From Patescibacteria group bacterium (GTDB taxonomy: Bacteria; Patescibacteriota; Patescibacteriia; Magasanikbacterales; GWA2-37-8), in contig JAQWDH010000004.1 in assembly GCA_028705565.1 (NCBI GenBank), positions 11,728 to 75,727 on the forward strand: a stretch of DNA of 64,000 bases, given 5' to 3'. A program made the position numbers and the translations under genes. Under the pieces are notes generated by a model, which searched no databases, had not been told where the DNA came from, and saw only the letters and a program-made list of their open reading frames with translations. Positions within the stretch are counted from its first letter, which is position 1. The number at the start of each line of letters is the position of its first letter. Shown here one piece after another: positions 46,650 through 56,979 of this stretch.

Positions 46650-47681
46650 TTATTTGCGATTACCGTTATACGCGAACAAAAGCGCTTCCTTGTTCGCAAT
46701 TACATAATTCACTGTTTTTTCCAATCCGTCTTCCAAACGAACCAAAGGAAACCAGCTTAAAACATCTTTAACATAAGTTAAATCAGGCGCGCCTTTCTTG
46801 GTTAAAAATATCAACGGATTTTCAAAAACGACTTTGGAAGTTGAACGGGTCATTTCAATTATCATTTTCGCCACATCAACCATCCTCACAATTGAGTTGT
46901 CTCCCAAGTTCGCCACTTTAACTTCCGGTCCGGCTGACATCAACCGAACCAAACCATCAACAATATCTGTCACATAACATAAAGAGGTTGAAAAAGATTC
47001 ATCTCCGAAAATAGTAAGCTCCTTGCCATCAATCGCGTTGATTATAAAATCAGGTATCAATTGTCCTTCAAACAATTTCATCTTCGGACCGTATGTGGTA
47101 AATACACGGGAAATTTTCGCGTCTATTCCATAAACCTGTCTATAGGTTTCTACGCATGTTTCGGCAAATCTCTTGCCTTCATCGTAACAAGAACGCGGAG
47201 ATAAATGATCCACCACACCCTCGTCTGTTTCTTTGAAGACGGATTTTTCTTCCGTTGCGTTGCCGTACACGACCGAACTGGAAGTGAACACATATTTTGC
47301 TCTATACTTAACGGCCAAGTCCAATGTGTTAATCATAGCGGAAGAATTCGCCCAAAGCGATTTCATTTTTAATTTTTCAAAATCTTTCGGGCTTGTCGGG
47401 CATGCCAAATGATATATTTCTTGAATACCTTGAAATTTAAGCTTGAATTTGTTCAACTCGTCAAAACTTTCCAAATCAATCGGCTTGTTGACATCATATT
47501 TGATAAATTCAAAATCCGGATATTGCAACAGATGATCAATGTTGTGCGGGTGCGAATTGGAAAAATCATCCAAACAAATCACGTTCGCTTCTTTCAAAAG
47601 CCGCTCGCAAAGATGCGAACCGATAAAACCGGCGCCGCCGGTCACCAAAACGTTTTTTTTCTCAAAAATTGGCGTTTCCAT
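46650..47681 (-). CDS. NAD-dependent epimerase/dehydratase, UDP-glucuronate decarboxylase (UXS)-like
   Basis: VTGGAGFIGSH, YDEGKR catalytic motif; 343 aa. Confidence 0.75.
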   Translation of the reverse strand: METPIFEKKNVLVTGGAGFIGSHLCERLLKEANVICLDDFSNSHPHNIDHLLQYPDFEFIKYDVNKPIDLESFDELNKFKLKFQGIQEIYHLACPTSPKDFEKLKMKSLWANSSAMINTLDLAVKYRAKYVFTSSSVVYGNATEEKSVFKETDEGVVDHLSPRSCYDEGKRFAETCVETYRQVYGIDAKISRVFTTYGPKMKLFEGQLIPDFIINAIDGKELTIFGDESFSTSLCYVTDIVDGLVRLMSAGPEVKVANLGDNSIVRMVDVAKMIIEMTRSTSKVVFENPLIFLTKKGAPDLTYVKDVLSWFPLVRLEDGLEKTVNYVIANKEALLFAYNGNRK

Positions 47682-47763
47682 ATGATAAAATTATTACGCG
47701 GATATTATAACATTAAATGGCTCGTTATGACAATTTGCGCGGTATTTGAGCGAATACAAAATT

Positions 47764-49728
47764 TTAATTCGCCAATCCGCCGAAAACCGGCAATACCAAT
47801 TTTTTAATCGTGTCATTTCTTTTTGAGTCAACAATACGCGCGTCAACGGGTTTATTGTTTTTTAAATTAAATCTTAAAAGTTTTCCGGCTTTAGAACCTT
47901 GCGCCGATTCCAAAATCAAAAGACCCCAAACACTTCCTTTTTTATCGTTTTCCAGATATTCTTCCGACCAACTTTGACTCGGCAAGTCAATCACTGCCTG
48001 TTTAACGCGATTATTATGATTTATAATCACGGCTATCTGTTCTCCTCCGGCCTCCCATAAAGAACCAGATTTTATATCATCAACGCGCTTTACTCCTGAT
48101 AATGAAACTTCATAAATAATATTACCGCCCCAATCAACTGATTCTATTTTTAATTTATTTTTTGATATTTTCGCCAAAACCAAACCGCTCGCGCTAAAAT
48201 CCCATTTTTGCAAATCGGAAATATTGGCTATTTCAACCGTTTTTCTTCCAGCGTCATCATATGCGGTGATTTTAGATTTTTTGTTTTTTAAATCATACTC
48301 GCGCGCGATTATTCTTTCACCATCAAATTTAATTTCTTTTATTTCAATTTGTTTGCCATTTCCGCCGACCGGCAATGAAAATTCATATTTAAAAACGCCT
48401 TCGCCTGATAAAATTCTAATATAATATGACTGTCCGCGTTTTATCAAAAGCAAAATTTCTTTATCGCCGTCAGAATTTACATCTCCTGATTCAATGCTTT
48501 TTATTTCGCCTTTATCAATGCTTGCTAAAAATTTAGCGGCCGCTTTTTCATAATTAAAACTCCAAATTTTTTTACCGGAAAAATAATAAATTTCTTTCGC
48601 GTTCAAAGCGTATTTTGCGGATTTAATGACCGCTTCTCCAATATCCAACAATCCGTAACCAAGCATACCCGCGTATTCCGGATTCGCGTCGTCCAAATCT
48701 TTAGCTGTTCTTAACAAGATATTCATTATTTCATTTGGTTTCAATTCAGGACGCATTGATTTGATAAGCGAAGCGGTTCCCGCCACAAGCGGCGCTGAAA
48801 AAGATGTCCCATACCATTTGCCTCTGAATTCAAACTTGTATCCGATGTCAGGATTATAATATTGCGTGCTAAAAATTTCTTCTCCCGGAGCGATAATATC
48901 TATGCAATTTCCATAATCAGCGAAACTGCTCAATTGATTATTATAATTAGCGGAAGAAACCCCTAAAATCCAATTTACTTTATCTCCATTGTCAAAGCAA
49001 ACGGGGTAAAGCGGTTTATTGTTTAAATTTCCGCCAACTTCGCCGTCTGTTTTATCATTTCCGGCCGCGGCGACTATTATAATTCCTTTTTTATACGCCT
49101 CAAATAATTTATCTCGCAAAATGAGATCATTCGTGTCTCCGACAAAACTCATTGATATGATTGACGCTCCCATTTTTATGGCGTAATCCACGGCTTTTGT
49201 CACATCTGCGAACGAACCTCCGCCGACATTGTCAACGGCTTTTAAAACCATTATTTTGGCTTTCCAATTAACTCCGACTCCGGCGCGACCATTATCCCCA
49301 ACCGCGCCGATAAGTCCGGCTATCAATGTTCCGTGATGCGTCGCCGCGGAAGAATATTCACCGTTCTTGTTGGCCGGAGGCGACACATTATTATTATTGT
49401 CCACAAAATTCCAACCGTTAACATCATCAACATAACCGTTTTTATCGTCATCAATTTGATTGTTAGGTATTTCCTTCAAATTTTTCCATATGTTATCGCT
49501 CAAATCAAAATTATTTATATCTACTCCTGTGTCAATTATCGCCACTGTGATTTTTTCTGTTTCAACGCCGTAATCCCAAGCTAAAGGCGCGTTGATTAAA
49601 TTCCACATCTTTTCCTGAAAAATATAACCGACGTCGCCGGGCACGCGCGCAAACACCAAATTCGGCGTAAACAAAATCACAGTCGCGAACAGCGAAATTA
49701 TTGCTTTTTTTACAAAATTGTGATACAT
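47764..49728 (-). CDS. Secreted S8-family subtilisin-like serine peptidase with a large C-terminal domain
   Basis: Triad motifs VAIIDTGVD, HGTLIAGLIGA, GTSFSAPLVAG; N-terminal signal/TM. Confidence 0.8.
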   Translation of the reverse strand: MYHNFVKKAIISLFATVILFTPNLVFARVPGDVGYIFQEKMWNLINAPLAWDYGVETEKITVAIIDTGVDINNFDLSDNIWKNLKEIPNNQIDDDKNGYVDDVNGWNFVDNNNNVSPPANKNGEYSSAATHHGTLIAGLIGAVGDNGRAGVGVNWKAKIMVLKAVDNVGGGSFADVTKAVDYAIKMGASIISMSFVGDTNDLILRDKLFEAYKKGIIIVAAAGNDKTDGEVGGNLNNKPLYPVCFDNGDKVNWILGVSSANYNNQLSSFADYGNCIDIIAPGEEIFSTQYYNPDIGYKFEFRGKWYGTSFSAPLVAGTASLIKSMRPELKPNEIMNILLRTAKDLDDANPEYAGMLGYGLLDIGEAVIKSAKYALNAKEIYYFSGKKIWSFNYEKAAAKFLASIDKGEIKSIESGDVNSDGDKEILLLIKRGQSYYIRILSGEGVFKYEFSLPVGGNGKQIEIKEIKFDGERIIAREYDLKNKKSKITAYDDAGRKTVEIANISDLQKWDFSASGLVLAKISKNKLKIESVDWGGNIIYEVSLSGVKRVDDIKSGSLWEAGGEQIAVIINHNNRVKQAVIDLPSQSWSEEYLENDKKGSVWGLLILESAQGSKAGKLLRFNLKNNKPVDARIVDSKRNDTIKKLVLPVFGGLAN

Positions 49729-49770
49729 TTTAGGAGTTAAGCATCTATATTATATAATATCCCGGGCTTT

Positions 49771-51138
49771 ATGTATAGAATAAAACAGTTCATACTTTTT
49801 TTAGGTGACATCTTGTCTCTTTATGCCGGTCTTTTTCTCGCATTGTCTTTGCGCTATTTAAAATGGCCGGAAAAAGAAATCGGGCTTTTGCTTGAACCGA
49901 TGATTTTGCTGTTTATTTTAGCGGCGATATTTTTTTTCATTGTCGGTTTGTATGATTTGGGAAAAGCCAAAAATTCATGGAAATTTTTTCAAAAAATTAT
50001 AATATCGGCGTTGCTTTGGATAGCTTTTGGCACGATTTATTTTTATTTAAACAGCGACATAGGCGCGGCTCCGAAAACAAATTTGCTCTTAATAGCCGTC
50101 TTCGGATTTACTTTTGTTTCCTTATGGAGATATTTACAAAATAAAATACTCACTACGACTTGGAAAATAAAAGTCGTATTTGCTGGCATAAATAAAGAAG
50201 CTGTTGAATTGATAAACTTGCTGCGCGCGGAACCTCAACACGGATATGAAATTATAGGCATTATTTCGGAAAACGCGTCTGACGGAACAGATACGGTTCC
50301 TGTTGGAAAAAATTTAAAAGAATTATTTGAAAAAACAAAACAAAAATCGCCGAATATGATAGTGGTTTCTCCGGAATTCGCGATGAATGATGAAATTTTA
50401 AATGAATTTTACGGACAAATTTTCCGACATTCCACAGTAGTTGATTTAGCTGATTTTTACGAAGAAATCTTCGGACGACTTCCATCTTTTATATTCTCGG
50501 AAAGCTGGTTTTTAACAAAACTGCGAGAACAAGATAAAAAAATTTACGATAGGATGCATAATTTAATTGATTACGCGTCAGGTTTGCTGATGGGAATTTT
50601 TTTCGCGATAACTTTTCCTTTTGTCGCTTTGGCGATAAAATCAAATTCACGCGGTTCAATTTTTTTCAAACAAGAAAGAACCGGCAAATCTGGAAAAAAA
50701 TTCACCATCTATAAATACAGGACGATGAAATCAATGTCTCCTGACGGAAGCGCGGAAATTTCCGGTCCTCAATTCGCTTCCACCGGCGACGCTAGAATAA
50801 CTTTGGTCGGCAAATTTTTACGAAAAACCAGGCTTGATGAAATTCCCCAATTTATAAATATCCTTAAAAAAGAAATGAGTTTGGTCGGACCGCGTCCTGA
50901 GAGACCCGAATTCGTAAAACAGCTTACCGAAAAGATGCCTTTTTACGCCTTGCGTCATTTGGTAAAGCCCGGAATTACCGGATGGGCGCAGTTGCACGAA
51001 TCTTATTACGGCACAATTGAAGAAAATTTACGCAAGTTGGAATATGATCTTTTCTACATTAAAAATCGCGGTCCGGTTTTGGATATGGCAATACTACTTA
51101 AAACAATAAATGTTATTCTTCGTTTCGCCGGAAGATAA
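49771..51138 (+). CDS. Polyprenyl-phosphate sugar phosphotransferase (WbaP/CpsE-like bacterial sugar transferase)
   Basis: N-terminal TM bundle, C-terminal sugar-transferase domain (FKYRTM, VGPRPE). Confidence 0.8.
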   Translation: MYRIKQFILFLGDILSLYAGLFLALSLRYLKWPEKEIGLLLEPMILLFILAAIFFFIVGLYDLGKAKNSWKFFQKIIISALLWIAFGTIYFYLNSDIGAAPKTNLLLIAVFGFTFVSLWRYLQNKILTTTWKIKVVFAGINKEAVELINLLRAEPQHGYEIIGIISENASDGTDTVPVGKNLKELFEKTKQKSPNMIVVSPEFAMNDEILNEFYGQIFRHSTVVDLADFYEEIFGRLPSFIFSESWFLTKLREQDKKIYDRMHNLIDYASGLLMGIFFAITFPFVALAIKSNSRGSIFFKQERTGKSGKKFTIYKYRTMKSMSPDGSAEISGPQFASTGDARITLVGKFLRKTRLDEIPQFINILKKEMSLVGPRPERPEFVKQLTEKMPFYALRHLVKPGITGWAQLHESYYGTIEENLRKLEYDLFYIKNRGPVLDMAILLKTINVILRFAGR

Positions 51139-51194
51139 AAATTTTTAAACTAAAAAAAACAAGATGGTTTATTCCGTCTTGTTTTTTTATAATT

Positions 51195-52820
51195 TTATAA
51201 AAGCGCGGATTTTATAAATCCTATAAACAACGGGTGCGGACGCAACGGACGAGATTTCAATTCCGGGTGAAACTGCGTACCGACAAAAAACGGATGATTT
51301 TTCAATTCTATAATCTCAACCAGATTTGATTCCGGATTCACTCCAACAATACCCATATCCTTCTTTTCAAATTCTTCGCGGTATTGATTATCAAATTCAA
51401 AGCGATGGCGGTGCCTTTCGGAAATTTTATCAACTCCATAAAGTTTTCCGACTTTTGAATCTTTTTTCAAAACGCAATCATAAGCGCCGAGACGCATCGT
51501 GCCGCCATAACGATTTTCTTTTATATTTTTCGCTTGCGTAGGATTGATATTGATAATAAGATGTTCCGATTTCGGTTCGCATTCAACCGTGTGCGCATCT
51601 TTGTAATCCAAAACATCGCGCGCGAATTCAACGCACGCGAGCTGCATGCCGTAGCACAATCCCAAATACGGCAAATTGTTTTCGCGCGCGTATCTTATCG
51701 CCTTTATTATTCCTTCAATTCCGCGAGTTCCAAAACCTCCCGGCACGATTAAACCGTCGTAATTGGACAACTCTTTCAATTTTGACGATTTTTTTTCATA
51801 ATCTTCAGAATCAATCCAAGTCATTTCCGGCGTTGCGCCCAAAAACCACGCGGAGTGCTTTACCGCCTCTATCACTGAAATATACGAATCGGCCAAAGTG
51901 AATTTGCCGGTGGAAAAATATTTTCCCACCACCGCGATTTTCACCGGTTTCCCCGCTTTGTTTGTGTTGGCAATCAATTTATTCCATTCCATTTCGTATT
52001 TTTTGCCGATTAAATTTATTCGCAATCTTTTCGCGAGCAACTTTCCGAAATTTTGTTTTTCAAAAACTTGCGGGACTTCATATATATTTTTTACATCCGG
52101 AGAAGAAATGACATAATTTTCCGACTGCAACCAGCAAAAAAACGCCAGCTTTTCTTTGCGTTTTTTATCCAATTCTTCATGGCCGCGCGCCACTATAAAA
52201 TCAGGCTGTATGCCGCAGTTATTCAAAGCTCGCGCCGCGTGTTGGGTCGGCTTGGTTTTCATCTCGCCCAAATGCCCGGGTACGGGCAAATAACTTACCA
52301 ACACAAAAGCCACGTCGCTCGGATTGTCCAACTTCATCATTCTGCCGGCTTCCAAATACAAAATGTTTTCATACTCTCCGACCGTTCCTCCTATTTCCAC
52401 TATCATAACATCCGCTTTTGATTCTTCGGCGGCTTTTTTAATTCTCTTCACCACTTCCATCGGAATATGCGGAACGACTTGCACACAATGTCCTTTGTAT
52501 CCCATACTTCTTTCTTTTTCAATAACGCTTAAATAAACTCTTCCGGTTGTCATATAATTAGCGGAGTTTATATCAGCGTCCAAAAATCTTTCATAATTTC
52601 CGATATCTTGGTCGGTTTCGTCGCCGTCGTCAGTGACAAAAACTTCTCCGTGTTCAATCGGATTCATCGTGCCAGCGTCAACATTGATATACGGGTCAAT
52701 TTTTATCGCAGACACATTATAGCCGTAATTTTTAAAAATACGGCCGATTGACGCGGCGCATACTCCTTTTCCGACGCCTGACATAACTCCTCCAACTACA
52801 AAAATGTATTTTGTTTTCAT
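51195..52820 (-). CDS. pyrG: CTP synthase
   Basis: Synthetase N-domain plus glutamine amidotransferase (GLCYGMQ, HRHRFEF). Confidence 0.95.
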   Translation of the reverse strand: MKTKYIFVVGGVMSGVGKGVCAASIGRIFKNYGYNVSAIKIDPYINVDAGTMNPIEHGEVFVTDDGDETDQDIGNYERFLDADINSANYMTTGRVYLSVIEKERSMGYKGHCVQVVPHIPMEVVKRIKKAAEESKADVMIVEIGGTVGEYENILYLEAGRMMKLDNPSDVAFVLVSYLPVPGHLGEMKTKPTQHAARALNNCGIQPDFIVARGHEELDKKRKEKLAFFCWLQSENYVISSPDVKNIYEVPQVFEKQNFGKLLAKRLRINLIGKKYEMEWNKLIANTNKAGKPVKIAVVGKYFSTGKFTLADSYISVIEAVKHSAWFLGATPEMTWIDSEDYEKKSSKLKELSNYDGLIVPGGFGTRGIEGIIKAIRYARENNLPYLGLCYGMQLACVEFARDVLDYKDAHTVECEPKSEHLIININPTQAKNIKENRYGGTMRLGAYDCVLKKDSKVGKLYGVDKISERHRHRFEFDNQYREEFEKKDMGIVGVNPESNLVEIIELKNHPFFVGTQFHPELKSRPLRPHPLFIGFIKSALL

Positions 52821-52823
52821 AAT

Positions 52824-53264
52824 TTAAATTCTTTTTATAATAACGGCTACTTCCGCCTCGTTTCCATATCTTAATTTTATTTTTATTTTATATTCCCCTA
52901 TTTCTTTAATCGGTTTTACGATAATTTGGTCATCCGCGACCGTCAAACCTTTGGCGGATAAAACAGCTGAAATTTTCTGCGGTCCGATCGCCGCGTAAAG
53001 CACATTGCCTGAACTCGTCTTGCCTGTTATTTCCACACGCGCGCCGTCCAATTTTTTCGCCAACGCTTTTTGTTCCGCGATATCCTTTTGCGCTTCTTTT
53101 TCTTTTTTCGCCTTTCGCGCGTCCAAATCAGACAAAACTTTTTCAGTCGCCAAAACCGCCGCGCCGTTCGGAAGCAAAAAATTGCGCGCGTATCCTTCCG
53201 CCACTTCTTTGATTTCGTCTTTTTTACCGACCCCTTTTATATCTTTTAAAAAAATAATTTTCAT
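52824..53264 (-). CDS. rplI: 50S ribosomal protein L9
   Basis: [32 protein letters not shown]. Confidence 0.85.
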   Translation of the reverse strand: MKIIFLKDIKGVGKKDEIKEVAEGYARNFLLPNGAAVLATEKVLSDLDARKAKKEKEAQKDIAEQKALAKKLDGARVEITGKTSSGNVLYAAIGPQKISAVLSAKGLTVADDQIIVKPIKEIGEYKIKIKLRYGNEAEVAVIIKRI

Positions 53265-53338
53265 ACGGCTTCTTGATTTGTTAAAAATTTTAAGGTAAGA
53301 TATTAAAAATATGATTTTAACGAATTCAACAAAAAAAT

Positions 53339-54214
53339 ATGCGGGCAGAAACCAATGAACAAAAATTCAAATCCGGAATTGTCACTCTCGTTGGGCGCTC
53401 CAATGTCGGAAAGTCAACTTTGCTTAATACGCTGGTTGGAACTAAGATCGCCATTGTCACAGAAAAGCCACAAACCACGAGACGTATTATACACGGCGTT
53501 CTTAATATTCCACAAGGGCAAGTGGTTTTTGTGGATACGCCCGGCGTTTTCAAGGAAACCAAAAGTAAATTGGGCGGCAAACTTACTCAACGCGTTCATG
53601 AAGCCATTAAAGACATTGATATCGTGGTTTACGTCGCCGACCCGACAAAAAGCTTGGGCGCTGAAGAACGATTTGTCTTGTCAATGGTTAAACAACTGAA
53701 AATGCCAAAAATTTTGGTCATCAATAAATCCGACTTGCCAACGAGCGAAAAACCTTATTTGGACGATTACAAAGCTTTGGCGGAAGAATTTGACGATTCG
53801 TTTGAGCTATCCGCTCTGCGCAACGCGCATATTCAACCGCTCAAAGACAAGGTTGCTGAACTTTTGCCGGAAGGTCCGCCAATGTATCCGCCTGAACAGC
53901 TTACGAATATTGATCCGAAATTTTGGGTCGCGGAAATTATCCGTGAAAAAATTTTTAAAGCTCTGCGCAAAGAGATTCCTTACACCACGCATGTTGAAGT
54001 GGAGGAAGTTGAAGAAAAAGAAAATCTATTAGTGATACAAGCGACCGTTTACACATCCGAAAAACGCTATAAAAAAATGATTATCGGCGCCAAAGGGCGT
54101 TCAATTAAAGAAATCGGGATTGCCGCGCGCAAAGAATTGGAAACCGCCCTAAATAAAAAAATATTTTTAGAGCTGAACGTGGAAGCCGACAAACACTGGG
54201 AAGAAAGAATTTAA
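53339..54214 (+). CDS. era: GTPase Era
   Basis: G1 [10 protein letters not shown]3 DTPG, G4 NKSD, C-terminal KH domain. Confidence 0.9.
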   Translation: MRAETNEQKFKSGIVTLVGRSNVGKSTLLNTLVGTKIAIVTEKPQTTRRIIHGVLNIPQGQVVFVDTPGVFKETKSKLGGKLTQRVHEAIKDIDIVVYVADPTKSLGAEERFVLSMVKQLKMPKILVINKSDLPTSEKPYLDDYKALAEEFDDSFELSALRNAHIQPLKDKVAELLPEGPPMYPPEQLTNIDPKFWVAEIIREKIFKALRKEIPYTTHVEVEEVEEKENLLVIQATVYTSEKRYKKMIIGAKGRSIKEIGIAARKELETALNKKIFLELNVEADKHWEERI

Positions 54215-54225
54215 ACACAATTATA

Positions 54226-54247
54226 AAAGCGCCCGAACGGGCGCTTT
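54226..54247. terminator. Bidirectional hairpin terminator between era and ctp
   Basis: aaagcgcccg-aa-cgggcgcttt. Confidence 0.5.
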
Positions 54248-54303
54248 AAGTTTCTATTGGTTTAAAATCTCTTGGGACGGTTTTTAAATTTTATTATGTT
54301 TTT

Positions 54304-55551
54304 CTATTTAAGCATCTCCATCGCTTTATCCAAGATACTATCTTCTCCCACTTTCGTATTCTCCCAGTCCTCTTTTATTTCAACATTCGGCGCTATGCCC
54401 TGCTCGTTAATATTTTTTCCGTTCGGCGTAAGCCATTCGGCGACAGTAATTTTTAAAGCAGAACCATCAGGAAAAGTTTCAAAGTCCTGCACCGAACCTT
54501 TGCCAAAAGTTTTTTCGCCGACAAGCTCGGCTTTTTTATAATCCTGAAGCGCGCCGGCGACTATTTCCGAAGCTGATGCCGAACCGCCATTCACCAAAAT
54601 CACTGTTTTAACATCCGCCAACCGTCCGTTGCCGTTTGATTTGTATTCCTCAATACTACCATCGCTGAATTTTTCACTAACGATAACTCCTTCGGCGATC
54701 CACTCGCTCGCCACATCAACGGCCGCGTCCAAAAATCCTCCCGGGTTACCGCGCAAATCCAAAATCATTTTATTCACGCCCCTCTCTTTCATTCGTTTTA
54801 TATTTTTATCAAATTCGCCGACTGTATTTTCATTGAATTGCATTAAACGAAGATAGGCGATGCCTCCTGATTTTATCGTCATCAAAACAGCCGGAACATT
54901 TATTTTAGCCCGCGTAATTGTCACTGGCCAAGCTTTTGTTATTCCTTCGCGACTTATGGTTAAAATAACTTTCGTATCCGCCGGTCCGCGAATATTGCCG
55001 ATTGCCCAAGTAGTATCTTTACCGGCAGTGTCTTTATCATCTATCAAAAGAATTATATCACCGGGACGCAAACCTGCTTTTTCAGCTGGAGAATCGGGCA
55101 ATGGCGAAATAACCGTGAGCATACTGTTTTTTATCCCTATTTCCGCGCCAATGCCTTCTAATTCACCTGATAAATCTTTAACGAATTCAGCCGCGGGTTG
55201 CGGCGGCATATACATGGAATACGGGTCGCCGAGAGATGCCACCATGCCCTCTACAGCGCCGTAGAACATCTCGGAATCGCTCACCGGCTGTTTTACGTAT
55301 TTTTCCTTCACGCTGTCCCAAACCTTCCAAAACTGCTCAAAATCAACGCTCTGCGAATGATTCGCGGAACGATTGATGTTTTCAAGTTTGGTTATAATGT
55401 TTTCGCCTTGACTTACCGCGATTTGATTTTTAACCACCCGAAATTGTCCGACAAAAAGTCCGAGCCCGAAAGAAAACAAGAAAAGCATAACCGAAAGTTC
55501 CAACGGCCAATATTTTTTAATCCGTTCTTTCAAATTTAAAAAAATAAACAT
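54304..55551 (-). CDS. Carboxyl-terminal processing protease (S41) with PDZ domain
   Basis: PDZ region (GLRPGDIILLIDD), catalytic Ser/Lys region (GGSASASE ... KTFGKGSVQ). Confidence 0.85.
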   Translation of the reverse strand: MFIFLNLKERIKKYWPLELSVMLFLFSFGLGLFVGQFRVVKNQIAVSQGENIITKLENINRSANHSQSVDFEQFWKVWDSVKEKYVKQPVSDSEMFYGAVEGMVASLGDPYSMYMPPQPAAEFVKDLSGELEGIGAEIGIKNSMLTVISPLPDSPAEKAGLRPGDIILLIDDKDTAGKDTTWAIGNIRGPADTKVILTISREGITKAWPVTITRAKINVPAVLMTIKSGGIAYLRLMQFNENTVGEFDKNIKRMKERGVNKMILDLRGNPGGFLDAAVDVASEWIAEGVIVSEKFSDGSIEEYKSNGNGRLADVKTVILVNGGSASASEIVAGALQDYKKAELVGEKTFGKGSVQDFETFPDGSALKITVAEWLTPNGKNINEQGIAPNVEIKEDWENTKVGEDSILDKAMEMLK

Positions 55552-55599
55552 AAATAAATTGATAATTGAAAATTTAAATTAGGTATGATAATGAGTTGG

Positions 55600-56904
55600 T
55601 TATTTATCCCTTATAACAGTTATATCCGCTCCGGCTTTGTTTAAAACTTCATAAAGATTTTCATATCCTCTGTCAATCTCGTAAGTATCTCGCAAAATTG
55701 ATTTTCCTTTTGCCGCGAGCATGCAAATTAAAACATTCACGGCCGGACGCAAAGCTGGCGGAGCCATCAGTTCATTGGCGCGAAATTCGGTCGGCCCTTC
55801 AACCCAAACTCTGTGCGGGTCCAAAAGCGTAATTCGCGCTCCAAGCTTTACAAGATCCAAATAATACACAGCTCTATTTTCATAAGCCCAGTCATGAACA
55901 AGTGTTCGCCCTTTGGCTTGAGTCAAAATCGGTACAAACAATGGTAGATTGTCTATGTTTAACCCAGGAAAAGGTCGCCCGTAAATTTTATCAGGCAGCG
56001 CGTCAAGCGCGCTCGGAATGATTTTTATGTCAACCACTTCAAATTTTCCATTCTTTGATTTTCTTTTTTTTATTATTTTGAATTTTTGCCCCATTTTTTC
56101 CAATTTACACAATTCCAAATCCAAAAAATCCATTGGGCAATTGGAAACCGTCAAATTTGATTTGGTTGTAATCGCCGCGGAAAGATAAGTCATTGCGACA
56201 ATAGGGTCCGGCATAATCGGATAATCGGAAACTGAATTTAATTTTTTAACGCCGGTTATTTTTAAAGTGGTCGCGCCGATACCCTCAATCTTTGCTCCGG
56301 CTTTTTCCAAAAAATAACAAACATCCTGAACCATATAATTCGCCGATGCCATTTTAATCACAGATACTCCCGGGGCCAAAACCGCAGCCATTATAGCGTT
56401 CTCCGTAGGAGTGTCGCCTGATTCATACATAACGATTTCAGCCGCGCGCAAAGGCGAATTTTCAACTTCATAAAATTTGTCTTTGGAAACAACGCCAACG
56501 CCGAATTTTTCCAAAGCGTAAAGATGCGGACGCACGGTGCGTTCTCCCAATTTACACCCGCCTGATTTATACAATTTATAACGTTTTACGCGCGCCGCCA
56601 AAGCACCTAAAAGCAAAAGCGAGGAACGAGTTTTTTCCGAACTCACCTTGTCTATTTTTGATAAATTCAAATCGCCGGAAGCATCCAATTCTATTTTTTT
56701 ACCTGCCATTTTAACCACTACTCCAATACTTTTTAAAAGCTCTAAAATTCTATTGACTTCCTCAATTTGCGGGACATCTGTCAAAACCGTTTTTCCTTTT
56801 ATCATCACGGAAGCGCACAAAATGGCAACGGCTGAATTTTTAGCCGTTTGGTTAATCACTTTTCCGCGCAATTTTTTTCCTCCGTTAATAATTAAATAAG
56901 GCAT
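55600..56904 (-). CDS. murA: UDP-N-acetylglucosamine 1-carboxyvinyltransferase
   Basis: EPT-family fold, active-site Cys region (KSGGCKLGERTVRPH); 434 aa. Confidence 0.9.
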   Translation of the reverse strand: MPYLIINGGKKLRGKVINQTAKNSAVAILCASVMIKGKTVLTDVPQIEEVNRILELLKSIGVVVKMAGKKIELDASGDLNLSKIDKVSSEKTRSSLLLLGALAARVKRYKLYKSGGCKLGERTVRPHLYALEKFGVGVVSKDKFYEVENSPLRAAEIVMYESGDTPTENAIMAAVLAPGVSVIKMASANYMVQDVCYFLEKAGAKIEGIGATTLKITGVKKLNSVSDYPIMPDPIVAMTYLSAAITTKSNLTVSNCPMDFLDLELCKLEKMGQKFKIIKKRKSKNGKFEVVDIKIIPSALDALPDKIYGRPFPGLNIDNLPLFVPILTQAKGRTLVHDWAYENRAVYYLDLVKLGARITLLDPHRVWVEGPTEFRANELMAPPALRPAVNVLICMLAAKGKSILRDTYEIDRGYENLYEVLNKAGADITVIRDK

Positions 56905-56979
56905 AAACTTTGACTATATTCTCTCAATGCATTATTATAATTATACCAAAATAAAGCAAAATAGCAAACATTCAAAAGT

